This document shows, in pieces, positions 20,501 to 29,347 of a stretch of 49,520 nucleotides of DNA; positions within the stretch are counted from its first letter, which is position 1, and each line of letters starts with the position of its first letter. The DNA lies in assembly GCA_046582655.1 (NCBI GenBank), contig JAYGDX010000417.1:1-49520 (forward strand), given 5' to 3'. The notes under the pieces are model-generated. The model saw nothing but the letters and a program-made list of their open reading frames with translations, was not told where the DNA came from and made no database searches. This DNA is from Candidatus Poribacteria bacterium (lineage in GTDB: Bacteria > Poribacteria > WGA-4E > UBA9662). Made by a program: the position numbers and the translations under genes.

Positions 20501-20975
20501 ATTCGCTTTGGAAAACACGTTTCAGGTCAATTTGACTCAGTGACTGGTGTGCCTGCCAAATCAGTTTTTCAATAAACGCAACCGAATAACCGAATTGATT
20601 TCTTTCGATCTCAGGCCTCAGCTGGACAGCACTTGAAATACAATTTTCAATTTCAGGATGGCTACTTTCAACATATGCCGAAACGCGGTAATATCCAAGT
20701 TTTCGAAACAGTGAACAAACAAGGTGACGATACCCAAACCCAATACAAATTCCGGATACAGTTATAACCAGTGCCATTCGCATTAAGCGGGGCAAAGGGA
20801 TCATTTGATCAATCAACAAAGCAATTGAAAATGAGATAGTAATTACCGAAAGCCACCGCAAGAAATTTTGCGAAAAGGTTAGTAATCGCCATTGAACCAA
20901 GATCGATTGTAGTCGAGAAAGAATTGTTTGGTAAGCCTTATCAACGCCACTTAATGAATCTGGTTTGTTGATCAT
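17556..20975 (-). CDS. Large membrane-anchored coiled-coil protein (DUF4175-like)
   Basis: Three N-terminal TM segments; beta-rich region with P.YTG, D..P.I, DDYG and PGD.V.Y motifs; long Q/E-rich coiled coil; C-terminal IPLQYRDQIQKYF. Confidence 0.85.
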   Translation of the reverse strand: MINKPDSLSGVDKAYQTILSRLQSILVQWRLLTFSQNFLRWLSVITISFSIALLIDQMIPLPRLMRMALVITVSGICIGFGYRHLVCSLFRKLGYYRVSAYVESSHPEIENCISSAVQLRPEIERNQFGYSVAFIEKLIWQAHQSLSQIDLKRVFQSELSLHKKNAILTLFAVLLLVITTWIFPNSIRDFALVFEEIPKNPIDVVVVQISDVQPGNILIESGSDVGFSAKVTGTFGASVDILYRSKNGTWHDINMLRTINEIAYHRDIKNVTQSLEYYIASKGTRSDTFQVGVRREPALTRFQLKLNFPVYTGLSPELLEENFGDVNTLIGTRVGFEGNGSKPIVQAKLVFGESDPVLLKVIDGTCMTGDFIIQESEEYYLELVDADGVTNSDPTRYTINAIEDQAPRIEILIPGKDVVLDDSMMVSLKTSAVDDYGVKLVQIVYRVEGQDRGEPSIPVKDLNPSLSSVITEFSWDVDLLHLFPGDVVSYHAEAIDVIGRVGKSVTFTIRFPSLAEIFDEIESKQEASVQGLEAVFEQQSETEAAVEGLIDKIKKSQELTVKDEKLIEQFIENQKQIERSVKDRIEEVKELTNQIENQQLLNQETVEKYQELQQLMDQALSDEHKEILEKLSEALREQQLLNQERRLEEANVSQEQFVQQLDRLTSLYKQLILQQKLEAAVKQADELVQRQKQISEQIDQMTNRQISEEGKNLAVREEKVKYGLSELQMKLDQVGSEMSEQPSLKRIGDEVQRLSQFSKDQKIAEQITQTSSQLRQFQLSEARQSSQKAMQGLTELHQGLDNAMEFMEGANADQMLAEIRVAVRTGLYLSRTHEETADATKDILRTGRGDYIDGEVLQLQNLAASEIHIAQGIDLLASQLWELGKQQMGINPQIVWRLNGASDQLTRSAKALEDRKPSLATPIQKQGLASLNQVISDLLETMDQMNQQMSMSSSGLDQMMEQLQQLSENQRNLNEFAQQLHQQMRRQGQTPNMQQTLERLAQEQQMIREATERLAELMGNLSEVLGDLRPVSEEMQRVESELQRGNLDQEVIDKQKEILTRLLDSSKSLWKKEVSRKRKGETAKSNRVNKSLPDLDSRLLQVIQQMQLGMRSGQVTEIPLQYRDQIQKYFSALSQQVKR

Positions 20976-20996
20976 ATTATCAATATGCTTCCCTTG

Positions 20997-21668
20997 TCAA
21001 TGCGTCAAAGCATAAACCGAGATGTTAACAGCCATTTTGGCAGCCAGTTCTCGGAGACGAGGTGAATCGTCAGGGTGGATCTTCTGATCCTCAAGACCAT
21101 CACCAATATCAGCACTATACGCGTAGAACACTACCATTCGACCTTCATGAAAAATTCCAAATCCCTGGGCTGGTTCACCATCATGCTCATGAATTTTAGG
21201 CAATCCCGGCAAATCATAGAAACAATGATAAATATCGTGGTTATTTGGAATCGGCTCCAGATTCTTGTCTGAGAAGACACGTTTCATTTCACGTCGAAAA
21301 CTTTTGTCAAGACCATAGTCATCATTAACGAACATAAAGCCACCCCGCATCAAGTATGCACGGAGCAACTCTACTTCTTTGTTACTGAATCGGATATTTC
21401 CGTGACCAACCAAATACAGAAACGGATACTGATACAAATTGCGATCAGTTAGTTTGATAATAACCCGCTCATTGGCTGTTTCAACATCAACTCGCGATCT
21501 TAAAAACTTCAGCCAGTTGGATATCGCAGTTCGATCGCCGTACCAATCTCCGCCACCACCGTATCGAACTTGTGCGACAATGAATTTTTCGCCAGCACCG
21601 TGTGTTAATCCAACTAAAATCAGGGAAAAAATTGCAGGTAAGAAAATTACTTTCAAGCAGAAACGCAC
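20997..21668 (-). CDS. DUF4159 domain protein (signal peptide)
   Basis: YGGGGDWY, YPFLYLVGHG, LRAYL..GGF...DDYG, GLPKIHEHDG, DIGDG.ED. Confidence 0.9.
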   Translation of the reverse strand: MRFCLKVIFLPAIFSLILVGLTHGAGEKFIVAQVRYGGGGDWYGDRTAISNWLKFLRSRVDVETANERVIIKLTDRNLYQYPFLYLVGHGNIRFSNKEVELLRAYLMRGGFMFVNDDYGLDKSFRREMKRVFSDKNLEPIPNNHDIYHCFYDLPGLPKIHEHDGEPAQGFGIFHEGRMVVFYAYSADIGDGLEDQKIHPDDSPRLRELAAKMAVNISVYALTH

Positions 21669-21677
21669 CCTAAACCA

Positions 21678-21890
21678 TTAACTTTGGAAGTTATCGGTTG
21701 AACTTCGATGTGGTCTGACAACTCGCATAATCGAACCACCCAACCATTTCAATAAAACCAACAGACTAATTAACAGACAAAACAGAATGATGTAAATTAC
21801 GGTTAATTGCAACCAGTTGGTGACGACCTCGATACTAAAAACACCACCCACAAGATAATAAAGTGAGAGGTAACCAATAACGGTCACCAT
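21678..21890 (-). CDS. Small membrane protein (2 TM)
   Basis: Hydrophobic ORF filling the gap in a co-directional gene run; may start a few codons upstream. Confidence 0.6.
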   Translation of the reverse strand: MVTVIGYLSLYYLVGGVFSIEVVTNWLQLTVIYIILFCLLISLLVLLKWLGGSIMRVVRPHRSSTDNFQS

Positions 21891-21930
21891 AAAGCCGATA
21901 GTTATCTTCTTCAGTTTTTTAGACCTCGAT

Positions 21931-22764
21931 TTACTCTAATAAGCTTTTCTTGAAGGAAGCCGTAATTTCCGGGATGCTTCCTTCACAAGCGAAGCGCTCG
22001 ATTGATGAGGCCCCGACAAAACCAACACAACTTGTGTGCTTGGTGATATAATCAGCGTCATCTGCCGTAGCAATCGGCCCACCATGCGATAAGCAAATTA
22101 CATCTTCTCTTACTGTGAAGGCTGCATCACAAATGGCTTGCACAAGTGGGGCGGCCCCTTCAAGTGTAAAAGCAGTGTCTGCACCAATTGTCCCACCGAC
22201 AGTCGTATTCATATGGGCAATAATCACGTCTGCGCCTGCTTTAGCCATTGCGGTGGACTCGCCGGAATTAAATACGTAGACTATGGTGAAGAGATTCATA
22301 TCATGGGCAATCTCGATCATTTCAACTTCTTTGTAAAAGCCCATACCAGTTTCTTCAAGCGTGGCGCGGAACTTACCATCTATTACACCGACAGTCGGAA
22401 AATTGTTAATCCCGTCAAAACCAAGATCTCTTATTTGCTTCAAGAAATTACTCATCCGACGGGTTGGATCAGTACCATTCACACCAGCAATTACAGGAAC
22501 TTTCTGAACCACGGGCAGAACTTCACGCTCCCCCATCTCCATAACGATCGCATTCGCATCACCATAAGCCAATAGTCCTGCGCATGAGCCAAATCCTGAC
22601 ATGCGATAGCGACCCGAATTGTAAATTACAATGAGATCTGCACCGCCACGCTCAGCAAATTTGGCAGTAATTCCGGTACCCGCACCGACAGCGAGCAATG
22701 GTTCCTTTTTATCGAGACTAGCATGCAATCGCTTTAAAACCTCTTGACGAGTGTAGTCTGGCAT
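21931..22764 (-). CDS. Phosphoenolpyruvate hydrolase-like TIM-barrel protein (PF09370 type, Tm-1 C-terminal-like)
   Basis: GAGTGITAK, GADLIVIYNSGRYRM, YGDAN, NFPTVG, HGGPI, GFVGASSIER. Start placed at ATG 22764 after GAGG. Confidence 0.88.
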   Translation of the reverse strand: MPDYTRQEVLKRLHASLDKKEPLLAVGAGTGITAKFAERGGADLIVIYNSGRYRMSGFGSCAGLLAYGDANAIVMEMGEREVLPVVQKVPVIAGVNGTDPTRRMSNFLKQIRDLGFDGINNFPTVGVIDGKFRATLEETGMGFYKEVEMIEIAHDMNLFTIVYVFNSGESTAMAKAGADVIIAHMNTTVGGTIGADTAFTLEGAAPLVQAICDAAFTVREDVICLSHGGPIATADDADYITKHTSCVGFVGASSIERFACEGSIPEITASFKKSLLE

Positions 22765-22944
22765 GATTTCCTCTTCACAGCACACGTTACTAAAAACACT
22801 GGGCACAGCAGAATTAAGGCGACAATTGACGGTGTGCTCAATTCCAATACTATTGATTTATTTTAGCACATCACCAGTGACCTGTCTAGCCAAACTCATA
22901 TCCGCTACAAAAGGCCTTAAAATTGTCTTAATCAGACATAAAAA

Positions 22945-24585
22945 ATGTTACAATTGTATCTTAACATACGTAAACTAGATAGAATAACAACTGAATTGAG
23001 AAATATTAAATTGTTAAATCAAACAAAAAATAAAAAGCCAACGGCAGAAGAAATCCAAAAAGAATTCGAAGAATTCATTAAACACAAATATGGAGGAACA
23101 GTTCGCTTTGTTCAACAACCACCCCCAAATATAGAGCTGAACGAACAAGACACCCAAAGCCAAAAAAAAATTGATCTCAAATTCGATCTCAAACCAAAAG
23201 AAGTCAAGCAATATCTAGACCGCTACGTGATCAAGCAGTATGAAGCCAAGAAAGCACTCGCCATTGCTGTCTGCGACCATTACAATCATGTTCGCAAATG
23301 TCACGAGAATCCGAAGCTACTTGAAACAGATTACTCAAAACAGAACATTATTGTTCTTGGCTCAACTGGTGTTGGCAAAACTTACATGATACGCCACATT
23401 GCTAAGCTAATTGGTGTTCCGTTTGTCAAAGCCGATGCAACGCGTTTCAGTGAAACTGGTTATGTTGGTGCAAACGTGGAGGATTTAATACGGGATCTGG
23501 TTACCCAAGCGGACGGGAATCTTGAGCTCGCACAATATGGTATTGTCTATATTGATGAAGCCGATAAGCTGGCGACTCCCCCCAATATTATTGGACGTGA
23601 TATCAGTGGGCGCGGCGTACAATTCGGACTGCTTAAGTTAATGGAAGAAACAGAAGTCGATCTCAAATCTGGTTCTGATCCGGCTGCGCAGGTGAAAGCC
23701 GCTATAGAATTCCAACAGAAAGGTGAAATTGAAGAGCAGGTAATTAACACCCGACATATTCTGTTTATTATGAGTGGGGCTTTCAACGGACTAAGTGATA
23801 TTATTGAAAAGCGGCTCAACTGGAAATCGATTGGTTTCAGTATAGAAGGCAGAAACCAACAGAGATCGATCGATTTGCTAGCCGAGATTACATCGAAGGA
23901 TTTTATCGATTTTGGTTTTGAGCCAGAGTTCATTGGGCGTATCCCCATTCGCGTTGTCTGTGAAGATCTTGAAGCGGAAGATCTGTATTACATCCTAAAA
24001 AATTCAGAAGGATCAATTATCAAACAATATGAACAATCCTTCCAAGCATACGATGTTGAAGCCATGTTCTCAGACGCGTCTTTGCACCAAATTGCCGTCC
24101 TCGCACACCATCAGAAAACTGGAGCGAGGGCACTGATGACCGTTTGCGAGAAGGTTTTGCGTGACTACAAGTTTGAGCTACCGTCATCACCAATCAAGGA
24201 ATTTGCAGTTACTAAAGAGGTGGTCAATGATCCAAAAGGTGAACTTGAGAGGATCACGACAAATCAAGAATACAACTCGCGCCTTGTTTTTCAGGAACGA
24301 ATTCGGCGTTACGAAGGGGATTTCCAGGAAAAGCATAAAATGAAAATCCAGTTTGACCAAGAAGCAACAGAAATGATATACGCACGATTCATTAGCAATC
24401 AGCAGGAGCCGCGAGAGATCTGTGATGAAATTCTAGAAAGTTATCAACATGGTCTCAGCTTGATCAAACAAAACACTGGCAAGTCAGATTTCACTTTCAC
24501 CAAATCGGTCGTTGAAGATCCAGATGAGGTACTAGAAGGATGGATAAGAGAATCCTATAACGAAAAGTCAAAAGAAAGTCGCTAA
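22945..24585 (+). CDS. clpX: ClpX-like AAA+ unfoldase lacking the N-terminal zinc finger, with a duplicated C-terminal small domain
   Basis: GSTGVGKT, DATRFSETGYVG, IVYIDEADK, RDISGRGVQ.LLK, IGF loop, PEFIGR, TGARAL. True start probably near 23011. Confidence 0.85.
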   Translation: MLQLYLNIRKLDRITTELRNIKLLNQTKNKKPTAEEIQKEFEEFIKHKYGGTVRFVQQPPPNIELNEQDTQSQKKIDLKFDLKPKEVKQYLDRYVIKQYEAKKALAIAVCDHYNHVRKCHENPKLLETDYSKQNIIVLGSTGVGKTYMIRHIAKLIGVPFVKADATRFSETGYVGANVEDLIRDLVTQADGNLELAQYGIVYIDEADKLATPPNIIGRDISGRGVQFGLLKLMEETEVDLKSGSDPAAQVKAAIEFQQKGEIEEQVINTRHILFIMSGAFNGLSDIIEKRLNWKSIGFSIEGRNQQRSIDLLAEITSKDFIDFGFEPEFIGRIPIRVVCEDLEAEDLYYILKNSEGSIIKQYEQSFQAYDVEAMFSDASLHQIAVLAHHQKTGARALMTVCEKVLRDYKFELPSSPIKEFAVTKEVVNDPKGELERITTNQEYNSRLVFQERIRRYEGDFQEKHKMKIQFDQEATEMIYARFISNQQEPREICDEILESYQHGLSLIKQNTGKSDFTFTKSVVEDPDEVLEGWIRESYNEKSKESR

Positions 24586-24600
24586 TAAACCGAAATTTTT

Positions 24601-24627
24601 GTCAACCAGTCAACTCTCGCTTTCGTT
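24601..24627 (+). promoter_or_regulatory. Candidate ECF-type (autoregulatory) promoter
   Basis: GTCAAC-N17-CGTT upstream of the ECF sigma gene; fits the general AAC...CGT ECF pattern. Confidence 0.35.
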
Positions 24628-24681
24628 CCCCTCTTAACCAAACACCCGTGTAATTTTAAAATATAAAAAAGCGGTTCATTA

Positions 24682-25260
24682 ATGGATATACTTGAGGACG
24701 AAATATTAATTACAAAGTTCCAGTTAGGTGATCAAGATGCGTTTGACGAGTTAATGCGGCGCTATAAGCACAGAATTTATGCGTACATTCTTCGATCCGT
24801 CAAAAACTATGAAGATGCGGAGGAATTGACGGTTGAGGTGTTTTTCAAAGCATATCGAGCTCTGGACAAGTGGAAACCTCAAGCAAAGTTTTCAACGTGG
24901 CTCTACAAAATTGCCTATAACGTTTCAATCGATCACCACCGATCAAAAAAACGCCAAATAGTCCATTCGCTAGATAACGATCAATTGCCTATAGATGAGC
25001 CAATGGCCAAAGACCTTGGCAGCGATCCGGAAAAACTCATTGTAGAGAAGGATCGACATCGCGTTATCAATCAAGCTGTTAACTATCTCTCCCGAAACCA
25101 GAAAAAAGTTTTTCTAATGAATCGTTACGACGGGTTGCAAATCAAGGAAATTTCCGAAGTTCTCGGGATCGCAGAAGGCACTGTCAAAATCCACCTGCAT
25201 CGAGCGATAAAGAAACTCAGAGTATTATTACAACCTTTTCGGGAAAACAACGAAATTTAG
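24682..25260 (+). CDS. ECF RNA polymerase sigma-70 factor
   Basis: GDQDAFDELMRRY, DAEEL..EVF, FSTWLYKIA.N (region 2); EISEVLGIAEGTVKIHLHRA (region 4). Confidence 0.95.
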   Translation: MDILEDEILITKFQLGDQDAFDELMRRYKHRIYAYILRSVKNYEDAEELTVEVFFKAYRALDKWKPQAKFSTWLYKIAYNVSIDHHRSKKRQIVHSLDNDQLPIDEPMAKDLGSDPEKLIVEKDRHRVINQAVNYLSRNQKKVFLMNRYDGLQIKEISEVLGIAEGTVKIHLHRAIKKLRVLLQPFRENNEI

Positions 25261-25295
25261 AGTAGCATGAGAAATGCGTTGAAGGAGTTTGTTGA

Positions 25296-25937
25296 ATGCT
25301 CAAATCTAAGTGTTGGGAGTCATTATACATTGACTATGTTTGTAACACAATTAAAGACGAAAATCTGATCGCCGATTTTGAAGTATACCTTCAAAATCAC
25401 CCAGATGTTCGCAATGAGATCGATGCACTGAAGGACACCCTAGCAACCACTAACCTAGTTGGGCAAGTCAATCTACCAGATACTATTCTAGATGACATCG
25501 AAATCAAAGTATACAAGCGACTAGCCTCCAACGAATCTTCACAAAAGCAGTCAATTTTTTCACGCATAGTCGAAATTCTGTCCATTCGTTCACTCTGGGT
25601 GCGAGGCGGCTTTGTGACAGTAATGCTACTGGCCTTGGGTTTTGCTTTAACGCCAACCTTCGTCAGCCTAATTCGTTCTAAAAACCCAAAGTCTGTATTA
25701 TCAACCGCATCCCAATCTATTATCCTTACTCAAGAGAAGAAAATAGAGCAATATCGACAGCAAGAAATCCAACGCCACTTTGAGGAAGCAATTGACGCTA
25801 AACATCTCAGAAACGATGATTGGTCAACAACCAGTCAATTTCGGAGACTACGCGAGAATGCAAAAGGGATGGATTGGGCAGAAATTGTAGATCAGCAAAT
25901 TCAGGTCGCACAAGCATTCTCTAATAAAGGGCTCTAA
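25296..25937 (+). CDS. Putative single-pass anti-sigma factor
   Basis: Directly follows the ECF sigma; degenerate ZAS-like N-terminus (C..LYIDY...FEVYLQNHPDVRNEI); one TM helix. Confidence 0.7.
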   Translation: MLKSKCWESLYIDYVCNTIKDENLIADFEVYLQNHPDVRNEIDALKDTLATTNLVGQVNLPDTILDDIEIKVYKRLASNESSQKQSIFSRIVEILSIRSLWVRGGFVTVMLLALGFALTPTFVSLIRSKNPKSVLSTASQSIILTQEKKIEQYRQQEIQRHFEEAIDAKHLRNDDWSTTSQFRRLRENAKGMDWAEIVDQQIQVAQAFSNKGL

Positions 25938-25990
25938 GGATTCGCCTCAATCAACAGCGATGTCCGGTCGAGAGACCACAAAATCGAAAA

Positions 25991-27949
25991 ATGTGTGTTC
26001 TACAGATTCGTCAGCTTGTCATTTTACTGCTTCTCCTTGTCCCATCCATCCTCCACGCCGAAACAACTGATCTGAATATGCTCATCAGATCTGGAAACTA
26101 TGAGCAAGCGATTGATAATCTGCAGAAATTAACACGTGGAGTCAATGATGCAAACAGGCTCAGCGGCATTTATCACCAACTAGGCGAAATATATTATCAA
26201 TACACACACAATTATTCTGAAGCAGTTGCCGTTTATGATCAAATACTCCAACTACCCCCCAGCAAAAAGGTTCCTACAGAAGATCTTTATCTGGCAATCC
26301 TTAAAAAGGGCGATGCGTATTGCAGAATGAATCTGTACGATAAAGCGATTGAATCCTACCAACATCTTGTCAACCTTACCAACCCAGAACATTTCGCACA
26401 CCAAACCGGACGCCAAAAAATTAACAATATACAAAACGCAACCAAAGAGTTAAACGAACTTCAGCTGATTATAGCCACCTACCCCAACACGCCAATGGCA
26501 GTCGAAGCAAAGTTTCAGATCTCCGAACTGTATCGGCAACAATCTCAGCTTAACCAACCACATAAGGCTATAGCACTATACGAAGCGCTTTTGAATCAGC
26601 ATCCATCGACTCGTATTTCCGCTGAAGCGCAATGGCGAGTTGGTCGCATTTATCAAAAGTCATTGAATCAGCCAATTCCTACAATCGATGCATACCAAAA
26701 AGTTGATAATCAATATCCAACAAGTAACTTTGCCGCTGATGCACTTTTTCAGATTGGACTGATTCATAAACATAACAATCAGTCCAAATTAGCAATCAAG
26801 TATTTTGATCGAATTATAGATAAACATCCTAATTTTTGGAAGATGTACGCGGTCTATTATTGGATGGCTCTCTGCTACGAAGAAATAAAAAACGTACGGT
26901 ATGCCATTAATAATTTAGAGATCTTTGTCAATGTCTACTTGCCAATCACTAATCCTGCTTACTTTGGTGAAATTGGAAGGTACCATCAAACAAAAACAAA
27001 AATTAAATCAGAGTTACAATCAAAGATTACTGAACTTAGATCGCGTCTTCACGAAACTGAGTGGCAAAATGTCCAAGATCTGTCACAGGCCAAAGATTAC
27101 ATTTCTGCCCTACAGATCGCCAAACAGTTAATTGCCAATCATCCGGATCAGAAAACCGCAGGCTTTGCCATCGAGCAGCTTGAGCCGATTAAATTTCATG
27201 CGGCAATTCAGAATCTCAGAAATCATGCATTACAGACAAAGGATTCGGAACAAATCGCCAAAATAAACTTACAAATCGCCAAAATCTATGAGCGGAATTT
27301 ACAAGACTACACTCATGCGCTCGCGTCATATGAACAGGCAATCAAAGAATCAATCGGATCAGACTGGGCAGCGGAAGCTCGATATCGTAGCGCGTTAATC
27401 CTGACTTTTCATAAGAAAGAGCATACCAAAGCAATAAAGGTTTACAAGGATCTCATCAACTTTCATCCATCCTCATGGCAGACGATGATGGCTAACTTCC
27501 AACTCGGCGAAATATATAGATCTCTTGACAAATCTGATCAAGCTCTTAAAGCCTACCAAACAACGATAGCGTTTCCGGAACGAGTTCAGTATCTTGCAGA
27601 TGGCTATACTGACAGTTTTGCCGATCGCGCCCATTTTCGAATCGGACGCGTACACCACCAAGACCGGCGGTTCGGACAAGCTCAAACTACGTTCAAGGAA
27701 TTCATTAAAAGCCGACCAAATTCACCACGTCTTGCTGCTGCGTACACATACCTTGCGTTTATTCTTCAAGAACAAAGGAATTACGATGACGCAATTCAAG
27801 CGTATGATCAAGCTATTCAACTGGTTAAAAATGATAGCTCTATCCAGGCGGAGATGATAGTCAATGAAGCAAAAGAGCTTGGATTTCATCACAAAGACGT
27901 AGAAACCCTCACCCAACAACTCATAAATCGTCGGAAACGAATTCAATAG
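25991..27949 (+). CDS. Exported TPR-repeat protein (BamD/CpoB-like repeats)
   Basis: Signal peptide ending ILHA; repeats of YP.S..A..A.F.IG.IY. Confidence 0.85.
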   Translation: MCVLQIRQLVILLLLLVPSILHAETTDLNMLIRSGNYEQAIDNLQKLTRGVNDANRLSGIYHQLGEIYYQYTHNYSEAVAVYDQILQLPPSKKVPTEDLYLAILKKGDAYCRMNLYDKAIESYQHLVNLTNPEHFAHQTGRQKINNIQNATKELNELQLIIATYPNTPMAVEAKFQISELYRQQSQLNQPHKAIALYEALLNQHPSTRISAEAQWRVGRIYQKSLNQPIPTIDAYQKVDNQYPTSNFAADALFQIGLIHKHNNQSKLAIKYFDRIIDKHPNFWKMYAVYYWMALCYEEIKNVRYAINNLEIFVNVYLPITNPAYFGEIGRYHQTKTKIKSELQSKITELRSRLHETEWQNVQDLSQAKDYISALQIAKQLIANHPDQKTAGFAIEQLEPIKFHAAIQNLRNHALQTKDSEQIAKINLQIAKIYERNLQDYTHALASYEQAIKESIGSDWAAEARYRSALILTFHKKEHTKAIKVYKDLINFHPSSWQTMMANFQLGEIYRSLDKSDQALKAYQTTIAFPERVQYLADGYTDSFADRAHFRIGRVHHQDRRFGQAQTTFKEFIKSRPNSPRLAAAYTYLAFILQEQRNYDDAIQAYDQAIQLVKNDSSIQAEMIVNEAKELGFHHKDVETLTQQLINRRKRIQ

Positions 27950-28000
27950 CAGCATTTATTATTATGAATTCATATATCGATTACATTATGAGATTCAATC

Positions 28001-28030
28001 TTGACACAAAAGTGGTAATAACGATAAAAT
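28001..28030 (+). promoter_or_regulatory. Sigma70 promoter
   Basis: TTGACA-N18-TAAAAT; AAGGAG RBS downstream. Confidence 0.65.
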
Positions 28031-28065
28031 CCCTCCAGCAATAATTATAAGGAGAACCAAGTATA

Positions 28066-29061
28066 ATGATCGGAATTGCGAAGTTGAGTTTCGCACACGT
28101 TCACGCAAAAGGATACGCCAACGCCGTTCGGGAAAATCCAGAGACAGAATTGGTCGCAGTATGGGATGAAGAAGAATACGGAGGCAGGCAAATTGCCGAA
28201 GAGTATAGGATACCGTTTTCAACAGATTTAGACCAAATTCTTGGACGTGATGATGTTGACGCAGTGGTTGTCGATGCCGTTACTTCTGATCACCCGCGGG
28301 TGATAGTAGCTGCGGCAGAGGCAGGAAAACACATATTTACTGAAAAAGCCATGGCTATAACAGTTGCTGAATGTGACGAAATTATTGATGCCGTCGAAAG
28401 ATCCGGCGTTAAGTTTATGATTTCAATGCCACAACGTTGCGACTCCAGTATTCTATTTGCTAAGAAAGCGATAGATGATGGGCTTCTTGGTGACATTACT
28501 TTTGGTCGTTTTCGAATCGCTCACTCGGCAGCACTAGATAAGTGGTTCAGCGGTCCCAGTGCGTGGTTTGCAGACTCGGCTCGAGCCGGCGGAGGGGCAT
28601 TGTTCGATCTCGGATGTCACCCGGTTTATCGTATGCGGTGGCTAATGGGCGAACCGAAGAGAACTGTCTCCATAATGAACAACTTTACTGGTCACTATCC
28701 AATTGATGATAATAGCGTGTCAGTCGTTGAATTTAAGAATAATGCTATTGGTCTGGTTGATTGCTCCTGGGTTCATAGATCCGGACCAAATCTGACAGAA
28801 ATTTATGGGACGGAAGGATCAATTGTGATCGGGCAGGGAGATCTTCAATTCCAAACACGGAAATTGTCTGAAGAGCAACAAGCAGAAGATCTTGCCAACA
28901 TGCCGAATTCTTTACCTTCGTCGATGCAACAGTGGATCAACGCCATTTTGTATGACGAAACGATGTCGATTACGATCCAAGATGGGCGGGATCTGACTGA
29001 ATTGATGCAAGGATTCTACATGGCAAATGAACAAGGAAAATCAATCGATTTCCCTCTATAA
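28066..29061 (+). CDS. Gfo/Idh/MocA family oxidoreductase
   Basis: HVHAKGY, AAEAGKHIFTEK, GGGALFDLGCH. Confidence 0.93.
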   Translation: MIGIAKLSFAHVHAKGYANAVRENPETELVAVWDEEEYGGRQIAEEYRIPFSTDLDQILGRDDVDAVVVDAVTSDHPRVIVAAAEAGKHIFTEKAMAITVAECDEIIDAVERSGVKFMISMPQRCDSSILFAKKAIDDGLLGDITFGRFRIAHSAALDKWFSGPSAWFADSARAGGGALFDLGCHPVYRMRWLMGEPKRTVSIMNNFTGHYPIDDNSVSVVEFKNNAIGLVDCSWVHRSGPNLTEIYGTEGSIVIGQGDLQFQTRKLSEEQQAEDLANMPNSLPSSMQQWINAILYDETMSITIQDGRDLTELMQGFYMANEQGKSIDFPL

Positions 29062-29072
29062 TTTAACATAAT

Positions 29073-29193
29073 AGACCTCTTGCATAAGTCAAAGACACAG
29101 AAGTTCGGGGATTTTTGTGTCACATATGTCAAAGAATTCAGCTACCTCCCAGCTAGGACTTTGGTGAGTATTACTACTTAATGCAAGAAGTCT
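29073..29193. mobile_element. Non-autonomous miniature inverted-repeat element (MITE), 121 bp
   Basis: Left end AGACCTCTTGCATAAGT; right end reverse-complements to AGACTTCTTGCATTAAGT; AAT on both flanks (29070-29072 and 29194-29196); no ORF. Confidence 0.7.
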
Positions 29194-29314
29194 AATATTA
29201 AAGAGTAAACGGCGACTCCAGATCAGAAATCGCCACTCATCGCAGATTCTGTTTAGCTCAGAATTATGTCCAATCCTAACACACGCTGCCAGTCAATAAA
29301 ACTTATAATCATTT

Positions 29315-29336
29315 CTATGAAGCCACTATGAAGCCA
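29315..29336 (+). repeat. 11-bp perfect tandem duplication CTATGAAGCCA x2
   Basis: Seen directly, just upstream of the AAGGAG RBS of the 29348 gene. Confidence 0.85.
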
Positions 29337-29347
29337 CAAGGAGAAAT

